Assembly: GCA_035221665.1 (NCBI GenBank)
Contig: CM069151.1
Coordinates: 31,310,001 to 31,374,000 of the forward strand
Length of the DNA: 64,000 nucleotides
Source: Okamejei kenojei
Lineage: Eukaryota
Direction of reading: 5' to 3'
Each line of letters opens with the position of its first letter. Within the stretch, counting starts at the first letter, position 1. Shown piece after piece: positions 1 through 14,524 of this stretch. Position numbers and translations under genes: made by a program. The notes under the pieces are model-generated. The model worked only from the letters and a program-made list of their open reading frames with translations, was not told the DNA's origin and did no database searches.

Positions 1-339
1 TCCATGCTAGCATATTACTCCATATGCAAGCACTCTAACATGAACCATTCTTCAGTGAAGATCCCAAGATATATATTCGATGAATTCTAATTAATTTTTG
101 CAAAAATAATTTATCTTTCACCACCATCTGGAAGTTGCCCTCCAAGCCACACTGCTGATTTGGCAATATATCACAATTCATTCACCGTTGCTGGGTCAAA
201 ATCCTGGAATACTCTTTCCAATAGCGTCGTAGGTAGACCTACACCTTAAGGACTGTGATGATTTGAGAAAGCTCACTACCACCTCAGACAAATAAATCAA
301 ATGCTAGTTCAACCTGCAAAACACACGTGCTCAGTAAAA

Positions 340-3050
340 CAGCACATCCAGGTCCAACACATCTATGCCATCCAAAGTGCCCATCTGGCCCATTTGCCTG
401 TATTTAGCCCATATTCCTCTAAACCTTTCCAATCCATATACATGTACAAATATCTTTTAAATATTTTGCAGATGTTTTACATAACAAACGATGACTATGT
501 GCATTCAACTTATCTATGTTCTTCATGATCTTGTAAAACCTCTACAGGGTTTTCCCTCAGTCTTCTATACCTCAAAGAGTAAAGTCTTCACCTTCCAACC
601 TCCCCTTTTTACACAAGCCTTCAAATCAACTGCAAACTTATTAACTATGCCTTGTACATTCTCATTCAAGTTGTTTAAAAATGACAAACAATAGCGCCGA
701 TCACTGACACACTAGTCACAGGCCTCCAGTCCTCTGCAATTTCTTCTCTAGCTTCCCACAAGGTCCAAGGATGTTCCAAGACATCTCATTTGCCTCAATT
801 ACTTAGCTTCCACGATTTTCACCACAGTAGAAGTAGATGAGATGTTAAAAATCTCACTCATATCCAGGTTGATTGTTAAGGGTGTGATTGTTAAGGAGAC
901 TAATTCTTGCCAACCACCCTTTCACTCTTTATATAACTATGCAATCTCTTGGGATTTACCTTTACTTTGCCCATCAGATCCATCTCAAACTCCCCTTATT
1001 CCCTTAAGTGTACTCCTACAATTCAGACTCAAAGGAATTTGCTTAATCCCAATTGCTTAAAACTGATGTATGTCTCTTCCCTTTTCCTGACCAAAATCTC
1101 AACCCTTTGATCAACCAGGGTTACCTCAATTTGCCCAACTTGCCCTTCACCTAACAGGAACATGCTGTCCCTGAACTCTCCACATCACACTTTTAAAAGC
1201 CTCCCACTTGCCTGGCATCCCTGCATCTGCAAACAGTCTCACCCAATTTAGGTCTGCAAATTCCCACCTAATACCTTCAAACATGTCAACCATTCCCATC
1301 TTTCTTCATAATTATTTTAAAACCAATAGGTTCAGTCATTGGTCCCAATGTATTTAACCCACTGACACTACAATCACTTGCCCCTCCCCTGCTTCCCAGA
1401 GGTTGTCCAGTGTTTATTTAACAAAACCTTCTTGAACACATTCACCAAATTCTACCATATCCAAGCCATTTAATTTCTGGGTGACCCAGTCAATACGAGG
1501 GAAGTTAAAAATCTACCACTAATACTACCTCGTTACTCTTATAGCTCTCTGCAATCTCCCTGCACCCTACTCCTCTAATTCACACTAACTGGTTAGGGGA
1601 AGGGAGGGTTATAACAATGTTCCATCAAAGTAATCATACCCTTCTTGGTTTAATTTCTATCCATACAGTTTTACTGGGCAATCCCTCAGGAATATCATCT
1701 CCACACACAGTTGTTACATCCTCCCTTATCAAAAAGGCAACCGTTTCCTCTCCCTTGCAGCTAGTAATAAGTAATAAGACACAGTAGACTTAGGCCTTTC
1801 ACCCCATCAAGTCTGCTCCACCATCCGATCATGGCTTATCGGTTTTCCTTCTCAAGCCCATTTTCCCGCCTTATCCACATAACCCTCACTAATCAAGAAC
1901 CTATCAATCTCTACTTCAAAAATACCCAATGACGTCCTCCACAGCTGTTTGCAGCGATGAATTCCACAGATTCATCAGCCTCTGACTAATGAATTCCCTC
2001 CTCATCTCCATCTAGAAGTACGTCCTTTTATTCTGAGGCTGTGCCCTCTGGCCCTAGACTCTCCCACCACTGGAAACGGTAGGTTTCAATGAGATCCCTC
2101 CTCATCCTAAACTCCAGCAGTACAGACCCAGAGCTATCAAGGCTCCTCATACATTATGCCAATCATCCCCAGGATCATTCTCGTAAACCTACACTGAGCC
2201 CTCTCCAACTCCTGCACATCCTTCCACAGAAATGGGGCCCAAAACTGTTCACAATATTCCAAATGTGATCTGACCAGGACCTTATAAAGCCTCTGCGTTG
2301 CATCATTATTTTATATTCTAATCCTCTTGAAATGAATGCCAACATTGCATTTGCCTCCTTTACCACCAACAACCTGCAAATTAATCTTATAGAAATCCTG
2401 CACCAGCACTCCCAAGTCCCTTTGCATTTCTGATTTCTGAGTCCTCTCCCCATTCTTCTTCTTGCATATGCCGTGCACAGCCTAAGTTGTAGGACAAGTT
2501 CTATTTGATCTGCCTCATTTCTGCTCTGGGCCCACCAGGCCTGCCAATCAGGATATTGATCCCCCTTCAGTTCAAATGCAACCAGTCCCTCTTGTATAGG
2601 TCAACTCTGCCCCAGAAGAGATACCAATGATCCAAGAACTCTGTTCCTGTTCCCTGCACCATTCCTCATGAGGATCTGGCCTATCCTATTACATGCCTGG
2701 CCTATCCTATTCTGCCCTAACTAACACACGTTAATCCAGAGATCACTTCCCTTGAGCACTTGCTTTTTAACTTTAACTCCCTTCAATAATTCGACAGGAT
2801 CTCATCCCTTCTTCTATCTATATATTTGGTACCAATGTGCACCACACCTTCTAGCTGCAACTGTTCAAAAACATCCTTAACCCAAACGCTTCAAGAGGCA
2901 GCCACAGGATGTCATCACCTCAAACTATCGAGTCTCCTGCCACTTTCACTCTGTAAATCCATCCTTCCCTTCTAAGCCTCAGAGTCGGTCACAGTACCAC
3001 AGACCCAGCCGTTGCCCTTGCCTACATCGCTTGTAGGAATATCAATGTCC
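340..3050 (-). mobile_element. Cluster of degenerate CR1 LINE fragments (older copy with a younger 3' fragment at ~1775-2455)
   Basis: ORF 2175-2453 contains KEANAMLAFISRGLEYK (CR1 ORF2 C-terminus). Nucleotide similarity to the CR1 at 14525-18411. Confidence 0.7.
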
Positions 3051-3467
3051 ATGCCATTCCTTCAAGTTTCTTTGTTAAGGATCCCACATTTTTTTATTTT
3101 TTTTAATAATATTTTTATTAGAAGTAATCCATCATAACAACGGTATAACAACTTTTCAAATACACAACCAACTTATTTCAATAAGTATAAGGATGTTACA
3201 AATAATTCTTATAAACTTCTATTTTTTAGAAAGTAGAAAAAGAAAAGAATAGATTTTAATCAATAAGAATAGTGATTAAATAATAATTTTGATTATATAG
3301 AGAAAGGGAAGAGAAAAAAAAGAAAAAAATTATAGTATACATCTTAATAGTGAATAACACAATTTCAAATAACAATATCAATAGAGACATGCATACAAAT
3401 CCAAAAAAAAAGAATTATTTTCATCTAATCCTGCCGGGTACCCATTGAGTTGTGATGCCAAGAACAG

Positions 3468-6400
3468 CTACCCCTTCAAATATTCTGTATATGGAGACCA
3501 TATCTGTTCAAAGAGTTCGTATTTGTCCATTAAGACAAATCTGATTCTTTCCAAATGCAACGTCTCCAACATTTCCACTGTCCACATTTTAATTGTGGGG
3601 GATAATGTTCCCTTCCAAAATTTCAATATTAATTTTTTCCCTATTATCAAACAGTAATCCAAGAAGTTTCTTTGGTTTACTGTTAATATTAGATTTTAAT
3701 CCGGAACTCCTAATATTATTAATTTTGGATCTGGGTCCAGTTTAATTTTAAGAACTTCAGAGATAACTCTAAAGATTTCTGTCCAATAATAGTTGAGTTT
3801 TATACATGTTACAAAACTATGCGTTAAGTTAGCTTCCAAGTTCTGACATTTATCACAAATAGAAGAAATGTTAGGATAAATTCTATTTAATTTCGTTTTT
3901 GAATAATTTAATCTGTGTAATACCTTAAATTGTATCAATATATGTCTAGCATTTAATGAGCAACGATGTATACATTGTAGGCTTTCTTCCCAAGTTTCCT
4001 TCGTTATAGATAAACCTATTTCATTTTCCCATGTTTGTCGATATATTTCCAAAGTTGGGATTTCCCTATCCAAAATAGTATTGTATATATACGCTATTAA
4101 TTTTTCTGTATTTGGGTGTTTATTAAACAATTCATCTAATAATCCTGGTTTTCTATTTTCATAGTCTTGAGTATTTGACTTAATATAGTTTCTAATTTGT
4201 AAATACCCAAATATTTTATTTGACTGCAATCCATAGATATACTGTAACTCTTGAAATGAAAGAAATGTTCCTTTCTTGTAAAGGTGTTCTATCCTTTTAA
4301 TTCCTAAATCATTCCAGTGTCTAAATCCCTTGTCCAATACAGAGGGCTTAAACAAAGGATTATTCATCATTGGCAAACAAAGTGACAAATTATCCATATG
4401 TAGGGTCTTAACTATTTTTTTCCAAATACGTCTATTGCTATGAATTATAGGGTTATCGCCATACGTTTTTTTTTTGTACTTCCCTTGGTGCAAAAAGAAT
4501 CGAACCTACATCAAAAGGCAAACAGTCTTCCTTTTCCATCTTTAGCCAGCTTGGCTCATAATCTAAATTTACCAACCAAAAATTCATATTCTTAATCTGA
4601 ACTGCCCAGAAATAATATAAGAAATTTGGTAGTGCTAGTCCACCATTTATTTTAGATTTACATAGATGTTTTTTACTTATTCGATGATTTTTATAGTCCC
4701 AAATAAAACTATTAACCAAAGCATCTTTTTTTTTTTTTAACATTTTAGGGAGATATAAAGGGATGGTTTGAAATAAATATAACAATTGTGGTAACAAAAT
4801 CATTTTTATAGCATTTATTCTACCGATCATTGATATAGGTAGTGTTTTCCAAAATAAAATATTTTTTTTTAGTTTATTTAACAATTGAGGGTGATTATAT
4901 TTAAATAGACAGTTATAGGATTTAGATACATTAATTCCTAGATATTTAAATTTGTCCGTGACTATTTTAAGTGGGAATTGTTCTAATATATTTAATTTTA
5001 TTCCAGTTATAAGCATAATTTCACCTTTATTCCAGTTAATTCTATACCCAGAAAATGTGCCAAACTTAGTTATAACATTAAGTAGATTGGGAATACTAAT
5101 CTCCGGTTTTGTGATATAAATTAAGATGTCATCTGCGTATAGAGATATTTTATTTGTTGTAGTTTTGGTATTATATCCATATATTTCTGGTTCTGATCTA
5201 ATCATTTTGGCTAATGGTTCTATTACCAGAGCAAATAATAATGATGATAACGGGCATCCTTGTCTACAACCCCTAAAGAGATTAAATTTGGTTGATAACA
5301 TTTGATTTGTTAATATTCTTGCAGTTGGATTCGAGTATATGATTTTTACCCATTTGGAAAATCTATCCCCCAGTTGAAATTTCTGCATTATTTTAAATAA
5401 ATATGGCCATTCAACCTGGTCAAATGCTTTTTCAGCGTCTAAGGATATGACAGCTAGTTCAATATCATTCACTCTTTTTGAGTATATGATATTGAATAGA
5501 CGTCTCAGATTATAAGATGAATAGCGTTTTGGAATAAAACCTGTTTGGTCATGATGTATTAAGTTATTAATCACTAAACTTAGCCTCCGAGATAAAATTT
5601 TAGTTAGTATTTTTTGATCAGTGTTTGAAAGAGCTATTGCTCTGTATGATCCAGGATCTTCCAAATCTTTATCAGCTTTAGGGATAAGTGTAATTGTAGA
5701 TTCATTTAATGATTCTGGTAACTTTCCTTGATCATAAGCATATTTATATATTGTATGTAAACGTGGAGAGATCAGATCATAAAACTTCTTATAAAATTCA
5801 ACACTTAAGCCATCAGGGCCTGCGGCTTTTCCGTTATTTAATAATCCAATTGATTCTTCAATTTCTTTTACTGATATATCAGCATTGAACAAGTCTCTAC
5901 CTTCCTGATCCAAACTATTAATATGACATTCTTGTAGGAATGTTTCCATGCCATCTGATTGTCCTGCTAGTTTAGATGAGTAAAGATTTTGATAATATTG
6001 TAAAAATGTATCATTGATATCTTTTGGTAAAGTCAATATTTCAGATCTAAATTTATGTATCATTTTCTCCTCATCTAATTTTCTAAGCTGGCGTGCCAGT
6101 AATTTTTGTGGTTTATCCCCAAATTCAAAGTGTACTTGTTTAGTCTGTTGAAAAAGTTTAATAATCTGATTTGAGTATATTTTATTTAGCTTATATTTTA
6201 ATGATGCAATTTTATTACTTAGCCCCTTTGAAGGGGATATTGCATTTTCAATATCTAATTGTTTTATTTCATTTTCCAACTTTTGTTGAGTCTTTCGATT
6301 TTCCTTATTAAAGTATGCGTGTGCTGATATTATCGCACCACGCATAAATGCTTTAAATGTATCCCAAAGCAGTGATGGTGAAATTCCAGGTTTGTCATTA

Positions 6401-7249
6401 GTTTCAAAAAATAATTTAACCTGTTTTACCAAGTAATCATAACAAGCCTTATAATTTAATATTTGGGGGTTGAGTCTCCAGTTAGAGGTTTTAATAGTTA
6501 TGTCTTTTAATTTTATCTTAAATGTTAATGGAGCATGATCCGAGATAATAATATTATGATATTTTGAGTCATACGTAAATGGGATTAGTTTTGAATCTAT
6601 TAAAAAATAATCTATCCTTGAATAGGTTCCAAATACAGGGGAAAAAAATGAATACTCTCGACCAGATGGGTTATTTGTTCTCCAGATATCCTTAACATTT
6701 GCTGTGTCAATAAAATAATTTATAAGTGTACTTGACTTAGATAGATCATCAATGAAAAGGAAAGTCACTTCTAAGTAATTATCTAAGGTTTCAATTAAAA
6801 TCACCTCCAATTATTAGATTATGTTGAGTGAATATAGGGATATTGTTAAATATTTTCTTGAAGAATAATGGGTTATCAAAATTAGGACCATATATATTCA
6901 TACGAATTACTTTTTTAGAATGTAATTCACCTGTAATTATTATATATCTACCCTCAACATCTTCTGTTATTGAGCTTTGTTTAAAAGGTATATCTTTATG
7001 AATAATTATTGCTACCCCGCTAGACTTATGTATAAATGAAGAGTGATATACTTTGGAAATCCATTTTGCTGTTAATCGATGCTGCGCGTCTTTTTTAAGG
7101 TGTGTCTCTTGGAGAAAAATAATATCAGATTTTAATCTATTTAATTGAGCTAAAACCTTATCTCTTTTAATTGGTTTGTTAATCCCCTTAACATTCCAAC
7201 TACAGAAGGTGATTCCATCACCCCCAATCCTAGTGTTTATGTCATACAT
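3468..7249 (-). pseudogene. L1 ORF2 (APE endonuclease, RT, CCHC), broken into four pieces
   Basis: EN motifs SWNVKG, LQETH, GGDFN, SRIDY, SDH; RT motifs SLDAEKAFD, GCRQGCPLS, LYADD; C-terminal CDKC...H...C. Frameshifts at ~6800 and ~4470, in-frame stop at 3696. Confidence 0.92.
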
Positions 7250-7965
7250 GTTATTATTAAGGTGGTTTATAATGGAGTAGATGTCTCAGCTCATCGAACC
7301 CAATCCTATACCCAAACATCAGATCGATGAAATTTAATTTCTGTGTCATTGTCTTATACACACGTCTCTTTGAACTAACTATATAATAACAATCATACTT
7401 AAATCCATATAATATATAATATGAGATAAAATACATAATATAAAAGTAATAATAAAAAATGAGTAAAGTAAGTGATGTTAGTATAGTGTAAGGGGAAAAA
7501 AGTGATAACTATAATTAGTGTAGTTAGTATTAGTGTAAGCCATACTAGCGTGGCTATTAATCTACAGACTTCCATGAAAAAAAAAGATGTTAATAATTCC
7601 AGCTCCGTTTTTGCCTTAAGGTCTATATATGTCGGGGTGGGGTATTAAATTTATATACTTAATAATACTACTAATATCAAATATAGTTAATGTCATAGCA
7701 CTATATTAGGAGAGTTAACGTACATTTTTAAAGGGTAGATAATACAAAACTATATTTATTAATAATCCATCCATCCCTTCTTAACCCCAAGATAGAGTCC
7801 ATGTCCATTGTTCCTCCTCCTTCCCTGCGGATCCTCCTTCAGTGTGAATTCTCCTCCTTTTCTGTGGATGGGCAGTATCATCAGGTAAGTGATCAATAAT
7901 ATTCAGTATTCTTCATCTTCATCTACTTCTCCCTCTTCCAGTTTCTTCTGAACATTTCGAGCGGA

Positions 7966-9069
7966 TTAAAGAGCTTCTGTATGTTTGGTGAAGTGGTGCT
8001 CCTTGTTATCATAAGTTACTCTTAATGTTGCCGGATACATCAGGCCATATCTCAGATTCTTTATGTTCCTCAGGATACCTCTTGTTTCTGTAAATAAAGA
8101 TCTTCTCTTGGCCACTTCCGCAGGGTAATCTCTGAAGATACTGATGTTGTCTCCCTCATATTTGAGATTTTTCTTACGTATTATTATCTTCACCATATCT
8201 TCAAAAATATGATCGTGAGCCACCTTCACAATCATCTGTCTTGGGGGAGCATCCCTCCTAGGGGTACGTCTCAATGCCCTGTGTGCTCGGCCCAGCAGAG
8301 GTTCTTGGTCCAAGTTCAGAATATCTTTTAGGAGTTTTGCTGCAAATTTTCGAGGGTCTTGATTTCCCTCTTGGCCTTCACTCAATCCAACAATACGCAG
8401 ATTCTGACGCCTTTGACGTCCCTCCAAGTAAATGCATTTCTCAGTTATTTTGTGTAATAACTCTGATAAACGCTTGTTCTCGGCAAGACGCTTCTCGGCT
8501 GATTCAGTCAATTCTTTTATTGCGTCATTTTGTTGGTTAAGTGAGATTATAATAGGTTCTAACTTGGTATCCAGCAGCAACTCCATCTCACTAGTTTTAT
8601 GGTTTACGTCATCCAACTGTTGTTGCAAATCAGTACCCGCTTTATCTTTCCATCCGTCCATCATAGTCTTTACAGTGGCTATAACTTCTTTTTTGAAATA
8701 TTCTTTCGAATTTTCATGATACACCAAAATATAATTTCTTAAAGTCTTTATTTCCTCTTTATATTCTTTTTTCATATCCTTAAGCATTTTTTTTAGCTCA
8801 TCCATAATAATTTTTTTGAGGTCATCCATCTTTAAAATATCTTCCTGGGAGGCACTCAAACTCGAGCCCGCGGCTCCAGTGAGGCCTACTTCCTTTTTCA
8901 CAGGCTTTTTCACTTGGTGGTGGGGGGGGGGGGAAGCGATGCATCGACATTTTCTTAGTAAAGTCGCGCCCCTGATGACATCACGCACCTTTTTAACGCT
9001 ACCGGAGCCGTTCACACCAGTTCTCCTCTGATGCGTAGTTTCAGTAAACCCCTTACCCCCATTTTTCAT
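7966..9069 (-). pseudogene. L1 ORF1 (coiled-coil plus RRM/CTD, Transposase_22-like)
   Basis: Motifs LEGRQRRQNLRIVGLSE, RAHR, ISIFRDY and YGLMYPATLRV. First ATG at 9069. The TAA at 7966 may be premature, since the frame continues into an acidic tail to ~7903. Confidence 0.88.
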
Positions 9070-9489
9070 ACAATTTATAGCGGAGCTGAATGGCGCGAGT
9101 TCCACTTACTCCATAGCGCCACCGGAAGTCTCCCACATTTTTTTGTCATCATGAACACCAGTCCCTCTCCATCTCTCTAATACATATTAAAACAATTTAA
9201 TTACATGAAGATGGTTACCATATTGATATGGTATGGTTTCATACCATATCAATATTGATACCATATTGATATTGATATGGTTTCGCTCCATAGATGCTGC
9301 TGCACCCGCTGAGTTTATATTATACATTCAACTCATTGGAAAAGAGCTTTCACTACAAATTCAGCTGTGCAGTCCCCACTTCCTTCTCCTGCACCAACCA
9401 CCTGCAATCCAGTGTACTCAACATCAACACTATCTAGGAGAAAGCTGCGTATTGACAGGCAATTCAGTCCTGACATAATGGAGTGGTCG

Positions 9490-11045
9490 TAGAGTCATAC
9501 AGCACAGAAACGGGCTCTTTGCCCAGCTCGTCCATGCTAACCAAGATGCCCCATCTAATTAGTCCCATTTGTCTGCGTTTGGCCCATATCCCTCTAAACC
9601 ATCCCTATATGGGTACCTGTCCAAGTGTCTTTTAAATCCTGTTAATGTATTTGTTTCACCTACCTCCTCTGGCAGCTCATTCCACATACTCCCCACCCAA
9701 TGAGTTGCCCTTCAGGTTCGTATTAAATACTGTTCTCATCTTAAACATATGTCCTCTTGTTTTTAATTTCCCTACTCTGGGTAACTCTGTGTCTCCCTAT
9801 TTATTCCCCTCATGATTTTATACAGCTCTATAAGATTACCCCTCAGCCTCCAACGTTCCAAGGAATATAGTTCAAGCCTGCCCAACCTCGCCCTATAGCT
9901 CAGCCCCTCAAGAACTCTACATTTTCTCTGTACTCTTTCCAGCTTAATGACATCCTTCCTAGAGCAGGGTGACCAAAACTGAACAGAGTTTGGTCAAGTG
10001 CGACCTCACCAACATCGTTACAATGCAACGTAACTGCTATACTCAATACTCTAACTGATGAAAGCCAATGTACCAAAACCCTTCTAGACCATCCAATTTA
10101 TCTGTGACACCACTTTCAGGGATCTATGTACCTCTAATCCAAGATCCGTTTACTCTACAGCACTCCCCAGGGCCCTACCATTTACTGTGAATGCTCTGGA
10201 CCATTCATTGGTCCTGCTCCCAAATTGCAACACCTCGTACTTATCTGCATTAAACTCCATTAACCATTCCTCAGCCCACTTTCTCAGCTGATTAAGAACC
10301 TCCTCTAAATATTTTCTACACAGTTTATCTCAGCGACAACAAGTACAACAGCTACTGAAGCAACTTGACAAGCATGAACAGCGCTTGTTGGTCCAAGTGA
10401 AACAGCACACTGATTTTTATTATCATTCCTGCATCATTGCCCAAACTACATACTGCCTCATATGACTTCAATTCACTACATGGACTGCAGTTTGTAGACA
10501 ATAGCTCACAGCCATTTCTGGGCAACCAAGGGCAATAAGCTGGCATTAGTTGCACTCACCACATCTTGTACATAGTCAGACAGCACAGAGACATATCGTC
10601 TGACACAACCTGTCCGCGCCTGCCAAGATGCCCTATTCTAACTACTCCCATTTGCCCTTGCCTGGCCCATATCCCGCAAAATCTCTGTTATCCACCCAGA
10701 TGTCCAAATGTCTTTAAAATGTTGTCATTGTAGCTGCCTCAATTACTCCCTCTGGGAGCTTATTCCATACTATCTGTGTTAAAATGTTTCCCCTCTCACA
10801 AACTTATGCCCTCTAATTATTGATTCCCCTATCCGAGGGGAAAGACTAAGCGTTCACCCCATCTATTTCATGATTTTATACACCTTGATAAGATCATCTC
10901 TCAGCTTCCTGTGTTCCAATGTCCTACCTGCCCAACCTCTCGAGAACTGGCAACCTCCTCATAAATCTCTGCATTCCTTCCAGCTTAATGGCATTTTTCT
11001 ATAGCTCAGTGACCAAAACTGAACACAATACTCCATGTGCTGCCT
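9490..11045 (-). mobile_element. Two degenerate CR1 3' fragments (~9490-10310, ~10570-11045)
   Basis: Shared CR1 3'UTR and ORF2 C-terminal sequence, e.g. gaccaaaactgaaca and ggcccatatcc. Confidence 0.7.
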
Positions 11046-12494
11046 GATACAAGAATTAAAATAAATAATATTTTACCATATCTTTTTACAAGCCCGAAAT
11101 AACAGCATGCTGCAGACTTCAGATGAGACATTGCCACAGTATTGTATTGGTTATCCACAGTGATTCACGTGTACAGCAGTGTGGAGATTGGACACCAATA
11201 TAGATGCTTGCCAGTAGAGCTATATCACTTGAAGGTGCGAGTTGTGGCTAATCAATAACAGATAATATAAATAATTTGAAACTGGACTTCTAATGCCATC
11301 ACCCCTTACCCATTGCCGGCCTTCAGCCAATATCCAGATTCTCTCGTCTGCTGGGACAACCTTTTCTAAGCTTCTTATGGGGTTCAATGCCCAGAGATCA
11401 TCAGCCAGGGCATTTTACAAAGTTGTCATATTTGAAGAGGCCAATTCACCATCTGACTGCACTCATTGCTTGTTTGACGAGATGCAGATGGCTTCATGGT
11501 GCTCATGAAATTCATTAATGAGGCTCCTCAAGTTTTTATTGGCCCTGTTTAATCCAGGTTTCCTTGGTCTTACAGCTATCCTTGCTTTTTGTAAAAGCAA
11601 GGATAGCTTGCTTTAAAAGCATTTATACATTGTCTTTAATATGGTTAAATGTACTATGATACTTAACAGAAATGTTACTAAACAAAATGAAAAGTCCACT
11701 CACAAGCTAGAAAGATAGGCAATAGTTTAATCAAAGAGATTAATTAAGCAGTTCCATGTAGTGAGTAAATCCCAGAGCACAGTATTTAAGAAGATAAAAG
11801 CAGAGGTGCCAAAGATGAAACAATTAAAAATAAGGATATGCAAGATCCTACAAGTAGAGATATTATACAGCTTTGACTGCTGCAGCATTAAAGCAGAATG
11901 GGATCGGAAATAAATCTGTCATATCTGTAGGAGTTTAAGAGCAGAATCCTTCTTAAGATGCATTGTAACCAGCTCACACAAAAACAAACATTTGTGCAGA
12001 TTCTTGGATCAAGTCAAACAATTTATTTGGGTTTAAACTCCATGGGCACTGGTCTAATTCCAACATCAAATTCTGCATCCAATAACATTGTGGGAGACGG
12101 TACCTTCACCACAAGGACTGCAGCGATTCAAGAAGGTGGCTCACCACCATTTTTCAAAGTAAATTAGGGATAGGCAACAAATGCACATAGGCACACTTAG
12201 AGTCCCACTTATCTATAATATTTACAGCCCTAGAAGTCAAAGAACCGTTCTGCTATTGTACATAAAGGTGGTGCAGAATTTACTTACAGTTTTTAAGCTA
12301 TGAGTAAATAATTAAAAACACATTACACTCCAATGAAGATCATGGACAGGGTACTTGGTGTACAATACAATTCCTTTACCAGGTGGTGCCAGTTTCAGAG
12401 AAATACCCAGATGTTCTCCAAAGACACGCCTGACCTTAATACCTCAGTATAACTGCACAGAGGAGACTATTGGAGGGATGAAGTGTTCTGGAAC

Positions 12495-13582
12495 ATCTGG
12501 TTTATTCCACAAATAGCACAAAAATATTCTTCAGTTAAGTACATCTGAATTCTTTATTTTCATAAAGATTATACAAAATGAATTTGATTGGAAAAATGCA
12601 AGTTCAGTTCCAATACATTCATTAACTTGCATCAGATATAAAATATTGACTACAACTTGAATTAGTAACCGGTTCCTATTTCGACCGTGCCATAAAAGTA
12701 TCTGCATAATATAAATAAACAACATACAGGTAAATAGAAAATGATAAATTTCAGATACAATTATGGGGAACATTTTTAATTTGTCAGTCACAGAATGCTT
12801 ATTCCTTCAAAGGCAGATGACAGTTATATGTCCTGTTGGAAAGAAACCCTGATATCAATTTTAAATTCCAATCATAAATCTGCTTAACATCGTTTACCAG
12901 ACAACATGTTTGCTTTGTAACTGTTAGCATTACTTTGTATACATACTGCCATTACCTGCCCGAATCTACTGCACTCAAACCACAAGATTTCAATGTATCC
13001 AGAAGCATACAATGAAAGTACCACCACTTTTAGTATATGTCCTTAAATCTGCAATAATATTCTTTTACATATCAAAATGCACTTCAACCATTTTCAAACA
13101 TACCACTCTATCTAAATTAGAATAACCAAATGTGACTACTAATCTCATAGCTACCTAGATATCAATTCTACACTAAAACGTCCATTTGAAGTGTGGATGC
13201 ATGGTTGGCAGCTTTGATAACAGTCCATCATTTGAATAAATACATTTCTTTCCAAATTTAAAGTTGCTTCTATCAAAACACTTTGCATGAAAGGGAGGTA
13301 AAAAGCTTTATTGCTGTAAAGATAATATATCAAAACGTTTTGTTCTACATACTTAATAAAAATTGAACGCGGAATAATACCCAGAAATCAAAATAATTTG
13401 ATAACTAAAATAAGTGCAAAAACAATGAAACACAACATTAAAAAGTGAAACACATTAAAAATAAAATATAAATTGCACATTTATTTTCCAAATGTAAGCA
13501 ATCCCATATACTAGCAATGGAATAATCAGCTGCAAAGTGCCTGATCTCCCTGTTGATGAGTTTCAATGATGTTCACACCATA
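12495..13582 (-). promoter_or_regulatory. Putative PHTF2 3'UTR with candidate polyadenylation signals
   Basis: AT-rich, repeat-free sequence downstream of the stop. Minus-strand AATAAA at 13480-13485, 13307-13312, 12553-12558 and 12501-12506. The true end is unknown. Confidence 0.5.
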
Positions 13583-13603
13583 TCACGATTTTATCTTCCA
13601 GAG
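13583..13603 (-). CDS. PHTF2: PHTF2 last coding exon LWKIKS*
   Basis: Minus strand reads poly-pyrimidine tract, aacAG, then CTC TGG AAG ATA AAA TCG TGA. The terminal KS matches PHTF2 as recalled. Confidence 0.92.
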   Translation of the reverse strand, partial: LWKIKS

Positions 13604-14524
13604 CTGTTAAAAAAAAAAGAAAATTCAAAATGTCCTTAATGCTCAGGCACATCTTGGTGTGTTTAAAGTTGTAAAAGATTCAATGCATTTGCAGTACTTA
13701 GTTTTTATAATATTTCTTTCTCTATTGGTTTCATATTGCATTGTGGGATATAATTCTAATATTAGCAGCAACTAAATCAGTGCACTGGTTTTCTCTTTTG
13801 ATCTATTCATTGAGTTTATACTAGAGAAATTCATGTGTGAGCCTTATTATGATCTAATTAGTGTGAGTAACTGGGATCTTAATAACAACATTGTGTACAT
13901 TAATTCAAAAACTCTTAAAATTGACCGATGGCCACCGCTAATGATTAGTTTGCATCCTTTCTTCTAAAGCTATCTCATATGCCAAATGTAAATTCATACT
14001 CAAAAGATGCATCTCATTATTTGAATATGAACCGCAAATCCTAATAAAAATACAAATAGGAAATTTAAAACGTATCTTGACAGAAATCTGTTTAATTGCA
14101 TAATAATTACAGAAATGTATTTGATCATTCATGAAATTATAAATCTATATTTCAAAGCAAAGGAAGATAAAGCGGTCTAGATATTAGATCGCATGACATG
14201 AATTGTTTTGTTTTGGAATATGTTACGCTGAAATTACACTGACTGTTAAATTAGACCTGGGTGCAAATGGACTTAGGGAAGTCTGACAATTCACCACTGA
14301 CAAATTTGCACCAAATTATGGCACGGTTTACACAAACACATTTCCTTCCTTACTGGCATAAAATCATAGCTGAAAAAATACAACACAAGACCTTCATAGA
14401 ACAGTCACAGTAGAACTCGGAGCACAATGCTTTACTTTGCTGCATTTATATCTGTTTAAGGGAATATTCTGCTGACATTGTAGAACATGACTGGGTAATT
14501 TCAAAATGGACTGCAAGCTGCCAA

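Larger units (their letters stand above)
3096..9130 (-). mobile_element. Full-length L1-clade LINE with 14-bp target-site duplication
   Basis: TCCCACATTTTTTT occurs at 3082-3095 and 9131-9144. 5' end GACTTCCGGTGGCGCT; ORF1 plus EN/RT ORF2; A-rich 3' tail at ~3096-3120. Confidence 0.95.

Noticed and set aside
150-330. Motif recurring at ~150, ~10420, ~12060 and ~38420 as a possible conserved ncRNA
   Set aside because: Best explained as decayed 3' tails of an ancient LINE/SINE family; too diverged to define.
11290-11530. Possible exon or ORF downstream of PHTF2
   Set aside because: No convincing splice or protein signature; at best a very decayed LINE C-terminus.
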